A stretch of DNA of 64,000 nucleotides from Octopus sinensis. Its lineage: Eukaryota. Under the pieces are notes generated by a model. The model saw only the letters and a program-made list of their open reading frames with translations. It was not told the DNA's origin and searched no databases. The DNA lies in NCBI RefSeq assembly GCF_006345805.1, contig NC_043006.1, positions 43,338,001 through 43,402,000 on the forward strand. The letters are read 5' to 3'. Made by a program: the position numbers and the translations under genes. Below, piece by piece: positions 1 to 13,113 of this stretch (position 1 is the stretch's first letter; the number at the start of each line of letters is the position of its first letter).

Positions 1-222
1 GTATGAGTGTGTATATGTATGTCCCCCCCCAACATCGCTTGACAACCGATGCCGGTGTGTTTACGTCCCCATAACTTAGCATTTCGTCAAAAGGGACCAA
101 TAGAATAAGTACTAGGTATACAAGGAATAAGTCTTGGGGTCAATTTGCTCGACTAAATGTGGTACTTCAGCATGGCCACAGTCAAATGACTGAAACAAGT
201 AAAAGAGTAAAAGAGTAAAAGA
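1..222 (+). mobile_element. SINE family A, 3' half (runs off the window start)
   Basis: Carries caacatcgcttgacaaccgatg...cagcatggccacagtcaaatgactgaaacaagtaaaagagtaaaagag, as in the full copies at 24656 and 9590. Confidence 0.85.
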
Positions 223-1365
223 GCCTGTATAAGTTCATATTAGAATTTATTCTATTTTTGCATTACTTTGAATACAACGCTGATGTGTGTGTATGGATGT
301 GATGTGTGTGTATGGATATGTGTGGGCATGTGTGTGTATGGAGAAGGAGAGCGAGAGAAAAGAGATAGATGTCAAGATCATTGACGTGAGACAATTAAGT
401 AAAGGAGAGAGTATGTGATGGAAATGTTGAAGAACATAAAATATGATATTTATATATGTGGAAGTAAAGAAATAAGGTAAATGACAGGAAATAATGAAAT
501 CGATACATATATATATTAGTAAGTTAGTAGTTTTCAATTACATTATCATCAGCATCATCAGCAACAGCAACAGTGTTATTGGCATCATCATCATCACCAT
601 CATTGTCATCATCTTCATCAGTATCATCATGATCATCATCATCGTCATCTAACAGAAAATGTTGAATCATTAGATTGGAAATATCTATCTAATTTAAAAT
701 GGAGTTTATGGGGAAAATGTTGAAATTTTTTCAAAAAATAAAGATCCTTAACAATTAATAAAGATAGGGAAGTTGAATATTGATTATAATAAAAATTTTC
801 AATGTTAAGGAAAATATAGTTTAAAGATTAATTTTATAATTTGTATTTTATATATTAGGTGTGGTTATCTTTGGTTGATAATATTAAATCAATAAAGGCT
901 TTAAATGCTTGAAAGAATAGCAATTTATGGCTTTAATTTAAAATATTTAATCGTTAATGCTTTATAATTTGCATTTAATGACAATCAACTGAAAGGGACA
1001 AAAAATTATATCATAATTTCAATGTTTTTAACTGAACAAAATTCCTTCCAGCAACATCCCCTTCCTTTACTTTTAAGAACAATGTATTGAATTTTGTATC
1101 AAAATCATCATTTATGAATATAAAGCTCATGAAATCTGATCTTTAGACAATATCATAGGAAATCTTAGAGGGTATTTACTTTCGCCTTTGTGGAAGAAAA
1201 TTCTTGGAGTTCCTACTGAATAAGAATATAAATGGATTCTTGTAGTTTGACATAGAAAATTATTGTTTATGTATAACTGAATCACTGATCATGAAACTAT
1301 TAATTTATGAAAACAATTGCAATCATCTCCGTAGAATATTCGCCATCATGCAAGGGGGAAATAGT

Positions 1366-1577
1366 ACCTGTGTTGGTGCTATGTAAAAAGTACCCAGTAC
1401 ATTATGTAATGTGGTTGGTATTAGGAAGGGTATCTAGCCATAGAAACTATGCTGAAACAGACAAATCAAGTCTGGTGTAGCTCTCCAGCTTCCCAAATCC
1501 TGTCAAACCATTCAACCTGTATGGAAAACTGACATTAAATGATGATGATGACAATGACGACAATGATGATGATGATA
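1366..1577 (+). mobile_element. Family C repeat (LINE 3'-end-like, (GAT)n tail)
   Basis: ggtattaggaagggtatctagccatagaaac core followed by a gatgat tail. Confidence 0.75.
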
Positions 1578-2024
1578 CTGGGAAAGCATAAATTCTATGT
1601 GGTTGAAAATATCCCCAACCTGCTTCAATGACAGTACAGATACAAATTACTCAGAAACATAACTAACTACATCATCTTAGGATTTATTTCACATGTATTG
1701 GTAGAGGATTATACCCCTCATGGAGATGTTCTCCTCATCAGTTTCCATGTTTAGAAACCCCACCAGATCTAACCAGACACTCACTAATCTCAAATATCTG
1801 GGAACTTATAAGTCTACACACTTTTATCTTACTGGAAAACCCTGAAAAAAAGGAAATCATACATTTGTAATTAAAAAAAAACTTGCAATCTCTGCACAAC
1901 AGAAAGTATGAAAATTTTCTTTACCATGGTCCTTTTTTTGGACAAACACACTGATAAATTTTATCTTGCAAGATATTATTTATAACAATGTGCTCTCAAA
2001 ATATTCATCATCATCATCATCATC

Positions 2025-2330
2025 ATCATCATTATTATCATCACCATCATCGTTTAACGTCCTCCTTCCATGCTGGCATGGGTTGGACATTTTGACAAGA
2101 GTTGGCCAAGCTTCTGTGTCTGTTTTGGCATGGTATTTTTACAGCTGGATGCCCTTCCTAACACCAACCACTCCATAGAGTGTACTGAGGACCGTTTACG
2201 TGGCACCAACACAGGTGAGGTCAGTTTTTGTATGGTTTTTACAACTGGATGCCCTTCCAAATGTCAACCACTTTACAGTACGGACTGGTTGCTTTTTAAG
2301 TGGCATCAGCACAACTATTTTTTCCATATT
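2025..2330 (-). mobile_element. Family C repeat with internal duplication
   Basis: (CAT)n then cgtttaacgtcc...gctggatgcccttcc; the core occurs twice. Confidence 0.8.
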
Positions 2331-3614
2331 TGTCACACCCAACTTATCCTCCACCTACATTTCCATTATCAGCACACATAGTTAAAACCCCCCGCTTTCT
2401 TTATAGTCCCACTTCCCTACTGTATTCCTACTTTTGTATCTTCCCACACTTTCTTCCAATATGCAACTCATAGCAATTATTAGTGCTTACAGCAGTTTTG
2501 TAGACCTGGTGCTATATTAGAAGATACTTGCCCAAGATGCTATACAGTAAGACTAAGCCCCAAACTGCATGGCTGGGAAGCAATGGCATCAGATTTGATT
2601 CCAAAGCACAACATCTTGGTCAAGTAAGTATTTTGTGCCTTAGTTTCAGTTTGACCAATCTGAGTGGAATTTGATGGACAGAGATTATGTGGTTGCTCAT
2701 TGTGTGTGTGTGTAACAGAGAGAGCAAGAGAGAGAAAGTGTGTGTGTGTGTGTTCATGCTTATGTGTGTGTATTTGTGAAGATGATTAAAGGTCACTAAC
2801 TTAATTGTAAATTTAAGTGTTAGTCAAGTGGACAAAAGGAGAAAAAGAGAAAAGCTATTTCCATAGGTATAAATGTTTTTATTGAACAATGTTAATAGCT
2901 GGTAACAATGGACCAGAGAAAGTATATCGATGAAGGAATGACTAAACCATTCAGATAAAGAATATATATGTGTGTGTGTCTGCTGTCAATGTGCATGCGA
3001 TAGTGTAAGTATGTCTGTGTCTAAAATATTCTCATTATCTATTTAGTTTGAGTGTTGAGAGAGTGAAAGTTTAAGGTTGATGGTGTATACATTTCTTTGT
3101 GTTCTTTGAAGTTTTCAGCAATGACCAGTCAAGTAAGTGAAAGCAGTAGAGAATGTGAGTAAGTGGGAGCATGATAATAAACCAACAGAAGACAAGCTCG
3201 GAAGGAATATCTGAGAACAGTTCCTTTTATAAGCCAAAAGTGTTTGAAATCCTTCTTCATTATATTGCCAAACACACGTTTTGATGTGTTTGGAATCTGA
3301 TTGACTAAAATTAGTTGTGTTACTAGTCTATAATTCTCTCTTTTATGGTAGTGTCAGATCTTGGTGTCAACCAGGATTTGAAACTAAAACCTTCTATTTC
3401 ACTTATACACAAAACCTATAATGTTCAGAATTGTTCCCTTGGATGAAAAAACAAAAAGAAAATAGGTAACCATTGAAAAAGCAGGTGGCCCCTAGAAAAA
3501 TCAATTGGCAACAGGGAATTTTCACAGACTGCAAGAAGCTGACTTGTTTGCACATTAATAACTGATAATAATTAATAATTGATAACGTTTGCATGTCAGA
3601 TGAAATGCTTATTG

Positions 3615-3795
3615 TCATTTACAAAGCGCTTTGTGTTTTTACATTCTGAGTTCAAATTCTGCCATGGTCAACTTTGCCATTCATCCTTTCAGGGTCTATA
3701 AAATAAGTACCAGTTGTGTACTGGGGTCAATGTAATTGGCTTACCCCTTGCTCCAAAATTTCTGGCTTTGTGCCAAAATTTGAAACCCGTATTGG
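3615..3795 (+). mobile_element. tRNA-derived SINE family B
   Basis: B-box gagttcaaattc and body gccattcatcctttcagggtctataaataagtacc. Confidence 0.8.
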
Positions 3796-4539
3796 GCCTT
3801 ATATAAGACATCTTTACATGAGAAATAAAGACAGATTGCAGAGCTTGAATGACTCAACTTGTCCCACAGACACTTCACCAAAATTGCAAGAGGGGGTCTG
3901 TAAAAAATCTCTCCTGACCACTGACCAAGACATCTCTCTTACTCTATTTTCTCTTCTACTTCTTATTGTGGCTTTATCAAACCACGAAGAACTGCTGGAT
4001 AAATGCCGAATTTTTGACAATCATACTTAATCCCACTTTCTCACATATATACATATACACACACATTTCTGAAAGCATACACCTTCCCTTCTATGAGTTC
4101 TTTTTTTGTTTTTGTCTTTTTTTGTTTGCTCTGTGCACACATACATGGACTTTGGGATTAAATAACAATGAATTTTTCCTAGTTTCATGAATAAGCAATT
4201 TGATCTGCATATTTCATCACTGTTTTTCTTGCTGTGTTATTGACTGTGTAAATTTCTCCTGATATTGGCACATCCCAGAATAAACCAATTGTGATACATA
4301 TTTCATATTTCATTTCACTTTGATATTTCATACATGTTTTCCTTAAAAAATTTGATTTATTTTTACAATGTCATAAAGAGTGTATATATTTATGAAATAA
4401 CTCAAGAATTACTCTTTTCTAAAAAAAAAGTGGGGTTTGTGATCACTTTTTTCCAAAGTTCTCTACAACACTGGAGAGAAGTAAGATATTAAAGATCATT
4501 TGAAATTTCAAAGGAACAAAGCAAGTTTTGTTGCTTGGA

Positions 4540-4998
4540 TCCCACTGGTAAAGCCTCCATCTTGTTGATCAAAAAAAGTTATCAACACCAGATATAATGT
4601 CATCTTCCCAGCCAAGTGGGTTTTTTTTTTTCAAGTTAAGGGACATGATAGTCAGATGGGGCCAAATCAAGAGAATAAAGAGAGTGATCAACCAGTTGAA
4701 AGCCACAGTTATGCACAGCATCTATTGAAAGCAAGGACTTGTGTGCTGGAGCATTGTCCTGATGGAACAAGACCCCTTTCATCAGTTTTCCTGGCCACTT
4801 GGTCTTTATAGCCTTTCATAACTGCCTCAGCAAGTTGGCATAGTATTCTCTGTTGATGGTGTGGCCCATTTGAAGTGAATCAATGAATGCAATGCTTTTT
4901 ACATCCCAAAATACTGAGGCCATCACCTTCCCTGCAGATGAAACGACCTTGGCCTTCTTTGGAGCAGGTGAAGAGGGGTATTTCCACTGCATGGATTA

Positions 4999-5029
<31 letters not shown>

Positions 5030-5872
5030 CAAAGTGATGAATCCAACAGTCATCCTGGCTTAGAAAACATTCAGGGAAACCAACTGGAGCTGTGTCAAAC
5101 AATGTCAGATCTTTCATGTTGTGATCAGCCAGGTGTGTTTTTGATAAGGTGTCAGAAGACATGGCACCCTGTTATATCGCAATACTACACAGTGGCTGTG
5201 TATGCTACGAAATCCTCGTTGCCACTGTTATGTCACACATTCCGATGACCTATACTCAACTCTCGATGTCTAAACTTCTCCCTCTATATCTACGTACTGG
5301 GCTAGCCCACTTCATCATCTGGGGGCGTCCACACAACACACCCACAGAGTAGAAACCTATGTCATGCCAAGTTCATTGTGCAGAATATTCTAAACTCTCT
5401 TGCAGAATATGCCAATAGTATTGGCTATTTGATCTATAGTGAATCACCTATCATCCACCACCATGTGGCAAACATGATCAATGTTTTCCTCAGTGGTGAC
5501 AGTTACAGGACGTTCAGACCTTGGATGATCTTCAAGACTATCCCTTCTCCTTCTACATTCAGCTGCTCACTTGATAAAGCTGGAGCATTGTCCTCTAATG
5601 TAACAATCATGTCATCCTGAATGTCCTGGTGGGGGCTAAAGCCTTTTTCTGCAGGTACTTGATAACAACATGAGGCCAAATTTTGTCCGTTTTCAAGAAA
5701 AATCACTACTAATTACTTTAGACAGTCAGGTGTCTTCTTTAAACAGTCAGATGTCAGTTTACCTGGAAAGAAACAATGAAATTAGTTATAAGGAGTGTTG
5801 AAACTAATGTATGCAAGATTTCATACCTCCTAGCATCATTCCCTCATATGAACTTTCCAGCCCACCCTCGTA
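4540..5872 (-). mobile_element. Mariner (Tc1/mariner) transposon, decayed transposase pseudogene, 3' end truncated
   Basis: Minus-strand translation gives VSTLWVP, FLSQDDCWIHHF, SMQWKYPSSPAPKKAKVVSSAGKVMASVFWD, VLFHQDNAPAH and YSLDLAPSDY; the 5' TIR reads TA-CGAGGGTGGGCTGGAAAGTT from 5872; stops and frameshifts throughout. Confidence 0.93.
5170..5338 (-). mobile_element. 169-bp solo-LTR-like insert inside the mariner WVP motif
   Basis: TGTTGT...ATAACA ends, perfect 5-bp TSD CACCC (5165-5169 and 5339-5343); homologous to 9187-9546. Confidence 0.8.
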
Positions 5873-5972
5873 CATTAGCTCACTCCCTCCATCAAATCGA
5901 TGTTGCTAGAACAGGTACATGGTATACCAAATATCAGGTGTGGAAGTGATTGCAGAAAAAAAATATGAAAGT

Positions 5973-6352
5973 CATCATCATCATCATCATCGTTTAACGT
6001 CCGCTTTCCATGCTAGCATGGATTGGACGATTTGACTGAGGACTGGTGAACCAGATGGCTGCACCAGGCTCCAATCTTGATCTGGCAGAGTTTCTACAGC
6101 TGGACGCCCTTCCTAACGCCAACCACTCCAAGAGTGTAGTGGGTGCTTTTACGTGCCACCAGCATGGGGGCCAGTCAGGCAGTACTAGCAACAACCTCGC
6201 TCGAATGCTTTTTCATGTGCCACCGGCACAAGTGCTAGTGAAGCAACACTGGTAACGATCACGCTTGAATGGTGCCTTTTACATGCCACTGGCACGGAGG
6301 CCAGTTCGCTGCTCTGTCAATGATCACACTCGGATGGTGCTCTTAGCGCTCC
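5973..6352 (-). mobile_element. Family C repeat with internal ~60-bp repeats
   Basis: (CAT)n tail, gctggacgcccttcctaacgccaaccactcc core and reiterated gtgctttt(t)acgtgccac units. Confidence 0.85.
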
Positions 6353-6461
6353 AAGTTATTAATTCATAATGTTGAGATAAAATAATTGACAGAATAAATA
6401 AAGGTGTGCTTATATGCACATATATTGATGGAATACATGCATACACACACAAACAGATACA

Positions 6462-6496
<35 letters not shown>

Positions 6497-6505
<9 letters not shown>

Positions 6506-6660
6506 AAGGGCTTCTTTCAGTTTCTGTCAACCAAATCCACTCACAAGTCTTTGATCAGCCTAAGGTTATAGCAGAAGACACTTGCCCAAGGTACCATGCA
6601 GTGGAACTGAACCCAAAACCATGTGATTGGGAAGCAAGCTTCTTACCACACAGCCATGCC
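6497..6660 (-). mobile_element. SINE A, 5' half
   Basis: gggcttctttcagtttctgtcaaccaaatccactcacaag...cttaccacacagccatgcc. Confidence 0.8.
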
Positions 6661-7014
6661 CACACACACACATATATGTATTTATGTATCTTAAGATGGG
6701 TTTCCATCTAGTTCTCTTCTACCATTTTCCAACTCACAATCCACTGGTTCACCTGAGGCTGCAGCTGAAGACACCTGTTCAAGGTGTAAACCTGTGAGAT
6801 GTCTAAGAAGTACGTGGTTATAAAGCAACACCCACATACATACACATACACACACATACACAAACTTATATATGTTGTTATGTGTTTGTCTGACTGAAAG
6901 GAAAGATAAGACAGATGAATAGATGGACAGATAGACATACCTGAGTTTTTTTGGGTTTTTTTTACAAGAACAAAGCTTATAGAAACAGAAAAAACAAACA
7001 AACCCTTAGTACTT

Positions 7015-7264
7015 CAGATGGATGGATGGATGAACGGATAGAAGAATGGATGGATGGATGGATGGATGGATGGACGGATAGAAGAATGGATGGATGGATG
7101 TGTGGGTGAAGAGAGAGGTAGGTAGACAAACAGATTGATATTCTAATAGATTGAAAGATAGATAGAGAGAGAGAGCGAGAGAGAGAGAGAGAGATATGGG
7201 GAGAGAGAGAAATAGCTACCAGGCAGAAAGACAGACAGGTGGACAGGCAAGTAGATAGACTGAC

Positions 7265-7320
<56 letters not shown>
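7015..7320. repeat. (GGAT)n/(GA)n/(AGAT)n compound microsatellite
   Basis: Direct inspection. Confidence 0.95.
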
Positions 7321-7321
<1 letters not shown>

Positions 7322-8004
7322 TTTAGTTTGATAGTGTGTATGTATTATCATTGCTTAATTGAATAAAAGCCAAAAATTTTTCCCCCATTTTGAGGCTGTT
7401 ACTGGAAAACATCAAAACAAACCCCAGGAATAAACTGATAAATGAATGGAATAAAAGGCAACCTATGTGACATTATCTCTCTCTCTCAAGATGTGCGCTC
7501 GTATGCGCGTGCGTGCGTATGTGTGTGTGTATGTGTGTGTGTGTGTGTGTGGAGTGTTCGTAACTGGGGATAGTAATTACAGCTTCACAAGACTTAGTGA
7601 AAGGTTGTAGTAATTAAAGACAGCCTAGTTTAAGTGGTGGCCAGGAAGGTGGAGAAAGTGAGTGTGTGTATACATTTAGGTTTGTGTGTGTGTGTGTGTG
7701 TGTGTATTAATGTTTTGGTTTGTTCCAGTTGAATGCATATCGGTGTGTGTGTGGCAGGGGGGAAAGGTGGGCCTTTTTAGAAGAGACACATTTTCAGTTA
7801 GAATATTCTACTTGAGCAAAAATGTCAGACAACAATGGAACATTTCCACAGGTCAGTGATGTTATTGATTACAAAGGTCTTGCAAGGTTTCCACTCAGCT
7901 GTAGAACTTCCAACAGAGCAAAGCTCTCTTTCTTACTCTCTGGACCTCTCTCTCTCTCTCTCTCCTTCTCCCATTTTTTCTCCCTCCTCTTTCTCATTAT
8001 TCTT

Positions 8005-8011
8005 CTATCTA

Positions 8012-8050
<39 letters not shown>

Positions 8051-8118
8051 GCCTGTCTGTCTGTCTAGCTAGCTAGCTATCTAGCTATCATCTGTCTATC
8101 TGTCTGTCTGTCTCTCTA

Positions 8119-8209
<91 letters not shown>

Positions 8210-8262
8210 GTCTGTCTGTTTGTCTATATGTCTATCTACTTATCTGTCTATCTATCTGTCTG

Positions 8263-8316
<54 letters not shown>

Positions 8317-8401
8317 AGTCTATTGATCTATTATCTCTCTATCTGTCTGTCAGTTTATCTATCTATTTATCTATCTGTCTATCTAACTATATATCTATCT
8401 A

Positions 8402-8433
<32 letters not shown>

Positions 8434-8470
8434 CTTACCTATCTATCGATCTATCTATCTATCTGTCTGT
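8005..8470. repeat. (TCTG)n/(TCTA)n compound microsatellite
   Basis: Direct inspection. Confidence 0.95.
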
Positions 8471-8939
8471 GTGTCAATCTCATTTACACTTTGTCTCTAA
8501 ATTAGTCACTCTATTGTGCCTCTTTCTCTTCTTTTACAGCTCTCTTTCTCTCCATCACTGTGCTCTTCATCTTTCCTATGCTCTTCTTTCTCCCCTCCCC
8601 TTCTCTCTCCCTCCCCATTCACTTACATCTCTCCCTCTCTACCCACTCCTCACTCTCTTCTTTTATGGTTTCTAATTAATTCTTTATCTCTTGGTGGATT
8701 TGCATCCGATTTAAACACAACGATGAACATTCAGTTGTTTGACCAACTGAATTCCTACTTTTGAAGTTAAAGTGTAACTGGCTGAGTATTCCATAGACCT
8801 GTGTGACCTCCATACAGAGTTCTCCAACTTTTCCTTTCAGTCTACCCATTTGCTATGTCCAGCAGAGTTGATTGATCCCTTAAGAGAAATATGTTGTAAA
8901 ACGGTTGCATGCCATAAAACAGACAACATATAATTATAA

Positions 8940-9186
8940 ATAGTGGAACCTCAGATTATGAATTAAATTCATTCTTGAAGGCCAGCAGGGTCAGCCCTAG
9001 GGTTACTGTTGCCCCAGGAAAGCTGAACTTTGGCGCCCTTACAAGTACAATTTTTTAAAAACTTTTACAAGGCGATAAACTGAAAATGTAGACTAAAAAG
9101 CACATGACGGCCTTGGGTGACTGCCCAAGTTGTCAGTACCTTGAGCCTGCCCCGAAGGTCAGTCATCATCCAAAATATTCATAAAC
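8940..9186 (+). mobile_element. Tigger/pogo-like DNA transposon terminal fragment, interrupted by a MITE
   Basis: Begins atagtggaacctcagattatgaattaaattcattc, resembling pogo/Tigger TIRs (from memory); resumes after the MITE. Confidence 0.45.
8986..9154. mobile_element. hAT-type MITE
   Basis: Imperfect TIRs cagggtcagccc / gagcctgccccg and an 8-bp TSD aaggccag (8978-8985) / aaggtcag (9155-9162), 7 of 8 matching. Confidence 0.7.
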
Positions 9187-9546
9187 TGTTGTGTGGACGC
9201 CCCCAGACGATGAAGTAAACTAGCTCAATATACAGATGTAGAGGGAGAAGCCTAGACGTTGAGAGAAGAGTAGAGTTGAGTAGAGATCATCCGAACATGT
9301 GACATAACATGAACCAAAACTATTTACCGTATAGGAAATTCTAGAAAAGGCAAAGTGAGTTCAAACAGAGACGTATACTAAATGAAAGTTAGACTGACAC
9401 TCTCTCGCTTATTCTCCTAGCTTGTCACCTGCCATCCTCACCAGATTACTTAAAACATTGTTCATCACCCGAGACATAAACTGATTTGTTCAGGATGAGA
9501 GGTATTCATGAGACGAGGTTTTGTTGTATTAAGAGCTACAATAACA
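9187..9546 (+). mobile_element. Solo-LTR-like element, 360 bp, same family as 5170-5338
   Basis: tgttgtgtggacgcccccagacgatgaag...ataaca; the first ~120 bp align with the reverse complement of 5220-5338; no TSD visible. Confidence 0.65.
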
Positions 9547-9589
9547 GTTATAACTCTAGCTAATTAGGTAGAGAATTAGCCCAGATTAC

Positions 9590-10018
9590 TCTTTTACTCT
9601 TTTACTCGTTTCATTTTACTTGTTTCATTTGATTGTGGCCATGCTAGAGCACCGCCTTTTAGTCGAGCAAATCAACCCCAGGACTTATTCGTTGTAAGCC
9701 TAGTATTTATTCTATCGGTCTCTTTCGGCCGAACCGCTAAGTTATGGGAACATAAACACAACAGCATCGGTTGTCAAGTGATGTTGGGGGGACAAACACA
9801 GACACACAAACATATACACACACATACATATATATTTATATACATATATATACGACAGGCTTCTTTCAGTTTCCGTCTACCAAATCCAATCACAAGGCTT
9901 TGGTTGGCCCGAGGCTATAGTAGAAGACACTTGCATAAGGTGTGACGCAGTGGGACTGAACCTGGAACCATGTGGTTCATAAGCAAGCTACTTACCACAC
10001 AGCCACTCCTATGCCTAT
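9590..10018 (-). mobile_element. SINE A, full length
   Basis: tRNA-like head (A-box tggctgtgtgg, B-box ggttcagtccc), central TA/CA tract and tail (gtaaaaga)n. Confidence 0.9.
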
Positions 10019-10240
10019 TGGATGCAATTTGTTTCTTTTTATCAGGGAAAAGTACAACTGATGCTCTCTTTCTTGTAAGGCAACTGCAGGAGAAGCATTT
10101 TGCTGAAAGTAAACCACTGTTCTTGGTATTCATTGGTTTATGAAAAACCTTCAACAGAGTCCTTTGCTCGCTGATTTGATGGTCCCTGCAGAAACTAGGT
10201 GTAGACAAATGGCCTGATTAGAGCCATTCAAGCCATGTAA

Positions 10241-10810
10241 TAATAATAATAATAATAATAATAATGAAATTATTGTATACAGTGCTCAGGTGCACCACAA
10301 CTTGTCAGAAAGTGCATATAAAGTACATGCAGTAATGTAGAAATGTCTGGAAAGCGAACAATGTATGAGTCAGATACATGCTTGTGTGTGTATGGAGGGG
10401 AGAAAATCAAGTGTAGTGTTGGTGAATCTCAGGAAGCATGGAAGTTTTGAAGGATGCAGTGCTCCGACAACTAACAACTGATGCCGGCAGTTTGTTCCAT
10501 GCTTTAGCAATTCTCAGCGTGAAAAAATGTTTCCTGAAGTCATGGGAGCTGTGCTGTTTTCTTACTTTGTAAATATGTCCACAGGTGTTAGATGGGTGGA
10601 GTTTGAAAAGGTGCTCAGAGTTATTGTTTGTACGATGGTTGATAATTTTATGGGTGTCTGCCAAGTCAGCTGCCAGACGTCGGAGTTTCAATGTGTCCAT
10701 GCCAGGAAGTAAGGCGTTCAGGATATGGCAAATGCCTGATGGAGGGTATTCTTTTGGTTGCATGTCGCTGAACAGCTTCCAGACGATTGATATCCTGGGC
10801 AAGATAGGGG
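10241..10810 (-). mobile_element. CR1-clade LINE 3' fragment nested in the RTE
   Basis: ORF 10407-10802 includes LRRLAADL...GHIYKVRK...RKHFFTLRIAKAWNKLP; (ATT)n tail; TSD ATGTAA at 10235-10240 and 10811-10816. Confidence 0.9.
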
Positions 10811-11822
10811 ATGTAAAGGGGTACTGCCAGTCAAATGAGAGTTAACAAAGAGTACAGCAATCAATTAAGCATGAAAGGAAGAGTTCAGCAAGGCTTGGTT
10901 CGCGATTCCTTCTTATTCATCATGGTCTTTCTTTCAAGCCATCACAAAAGAGAAGTTTAAGACTGGGTTCCTGCAAGAACTCCTCTATGCTGACGACTTT
11001 GTTCTTATAATTGCAATAGAATTAGAAAAAAATTTCTGTCATGAAAGCAAAACTTTGAATCAAAGAGCTTTAAAGTTAACTTAGCAAAAGACCAAAGTAA
11101 GCAGAAAGGAAGCTGCTGTTGTCAGGAAAATGGACCTGCTCAATACATATAAAAGGTGTACCCAGTGCAAACTATAGACACATAAGCAATGCAGTGAAAT
11201 CGCAGGAAGGTTAAAGGAGAGTGGACTATGCTTGTGACAGATACAGTGGCTCGATAAATACTTTGAACCCATGGGAAATAGATTTCCTCAAATTCCCAGG
11301 ACCTTCACTAGAGATAGTTGATAGCGTTTGTTACCCAGGTAACCTTGTTAGCAGTGGAGGAGGATGCTCTGAAAGTATAGTTGCTAGAATAAGAACAGGA
11401 TGGTGAAAGTTCAGAGAATTATTACATTAGTTGATAACAAAAAGCCTCTCTCAGAGTAACAGGCAACTTGTGTACAATCAGTGATGCGACATGGAAGTGA
11501 AATGAAAGCCAAGAATGCAGAGGTTATGCTAAGAATAGAAAGGAATGAAGCTAGCTTACTCTGTTGGGTGTGCAATGTCTGTGCATATACAATAAAGTGC
11601 AAATGTATTTAGAGAAAAACTGGGTATAAGAGTCATCAGAAGTTGTAAGCAAAAAAGGAGACTGAACTGGTATAGTCATGTGATGTTGTACAGGTGTAGA
11701 CAACTGCATAAAGAAGCACCAATCACTAAATATGGATGAGATATGCAGAAGAGGAAAGCTCAAGAAGACATGTGACAAAGTAGTGAAGACCAACCTCTGG
11801 GTGTAAAGTCTCACAGAAGAGA

Positions 11823-12065
11823 TAACAAAGGACCGAGATGACAAAGGACCAAGATGACAAAGGATCAACATGACAAAAGATCAACACGACAAAGGATCAA
11901 CATGGCAAAGGATCAACATGGCAAAGGATCAACATGGCAAAGGATCAACATGGCAAAGGACCAACATGACAAAGGATCAACATGGTGAAGGATCAACATG
12001 GTGAAGGATCAACATGAAAAAGAATCAACATGACATCGGATCAACATGACAAAGGACCAAGATCA
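11823..12065 (+). repeat. 16-bp minisatellite (ACAAAGGATCAACATG)n, about 15 units
   Basis: Direct inspection; the first units acaaaggaccgagatg are RTE coding sequence. Confidence 0.92.
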
Positions 12066-12791
12066 ATAAGGATTCACTGTCCTTGAGAGGGTCCATCCTT
12101 TTTGACAACAAAAAGCATACCATTTTGCTTATGCTCCTGCATTCAAGCCATTCTCACAGCCCAACTTCCCGACACCCATACCTCCATCATCCTCCTAACT
12201 ACTGCACTATCTCAGCTGCTATAATTAAAATTATATGAATGCAGAAATGCACATGTTTCATCTCCCCACACATTTATGCTGCCAGATTTCCCCCCTCTCC
12301 ATGGCACCCACCTTGCATTCTCGATATCATCACATACAACTATTGAACACCATTTCATATTGGCCCTTTACTCTTCTAACTGTAAAGGATTGGAATTGTA
12401 GATAGCAATCCTTTACATCAAAGACCGAAATGTTCAGTAATCAAAGGATCACAAATGAAGATTTGCTGAACAACCATAATAATCTGTATCACCACCACGA
12501 CCATGACCACCACTGTCACTGCACCACCACTATCATCATCATCACCATCATCGTCATCATCATTATTGCTGTCATTGTCGTCATCATCATTTTCATTGCC
12601 ACTCTTACATGCTTGCATGGGCCATGCAAGACAGAATTTGCTGAGGCAAATTTTCAACAGCTGGATGCTCTACACGTCACCAATCCTCAACTATTTCCAA
12701 GGAAGGAAAGTAAGAAAAAGACTCATCTCAGTACATACATGTACAAACTGCACCCTCCCCCACATACACACGCACATGCATATATGTATAT

Positions 12792-12838
<47 letters not shown>

Positions 12839-12840
12839 AT

Positions 12841-12907
<67 letters not shown>

Positions 12908-12911
<4 letters not shown>

Positions 12912-13069
12912 CATAAGCATGGTTGTGTGATAAGTAGCTTGCTTCCCAACTACATGACTCCAGGTTCAGTCTCACTGCATGGCACTTTGGGCAAGTGTCT
13001 TCTACTACAGCCTCGGGCTGACCAAAGCCTTGTGAGTGGATTTGGTAAACGGAAACTGAAAGAAGCCTG

Positions 13070-13113
<44 letters not shown>

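Larger units (their letters stand above)
10020..12090 (+). mobile_element. RTE-clade LINE, 5'-truncated RT pseudogene
   Basis: Translates to GKSTTDALFLVRQLQEKH, ELLYADD (YADD at 10986-10997), a Cys/His-rich insert, LEIVDSVCYPG...SESIVARIRTGW and a C-terminal TKDRD; many stops. Confidence 0.92.

Noticed and set aside
700-1340. AT-rich stretch with faint RT-like words (YSVGTP, FINDD) on the minus strand
   Set aside because: Too degraded and frameshifted to assign without a profile search.
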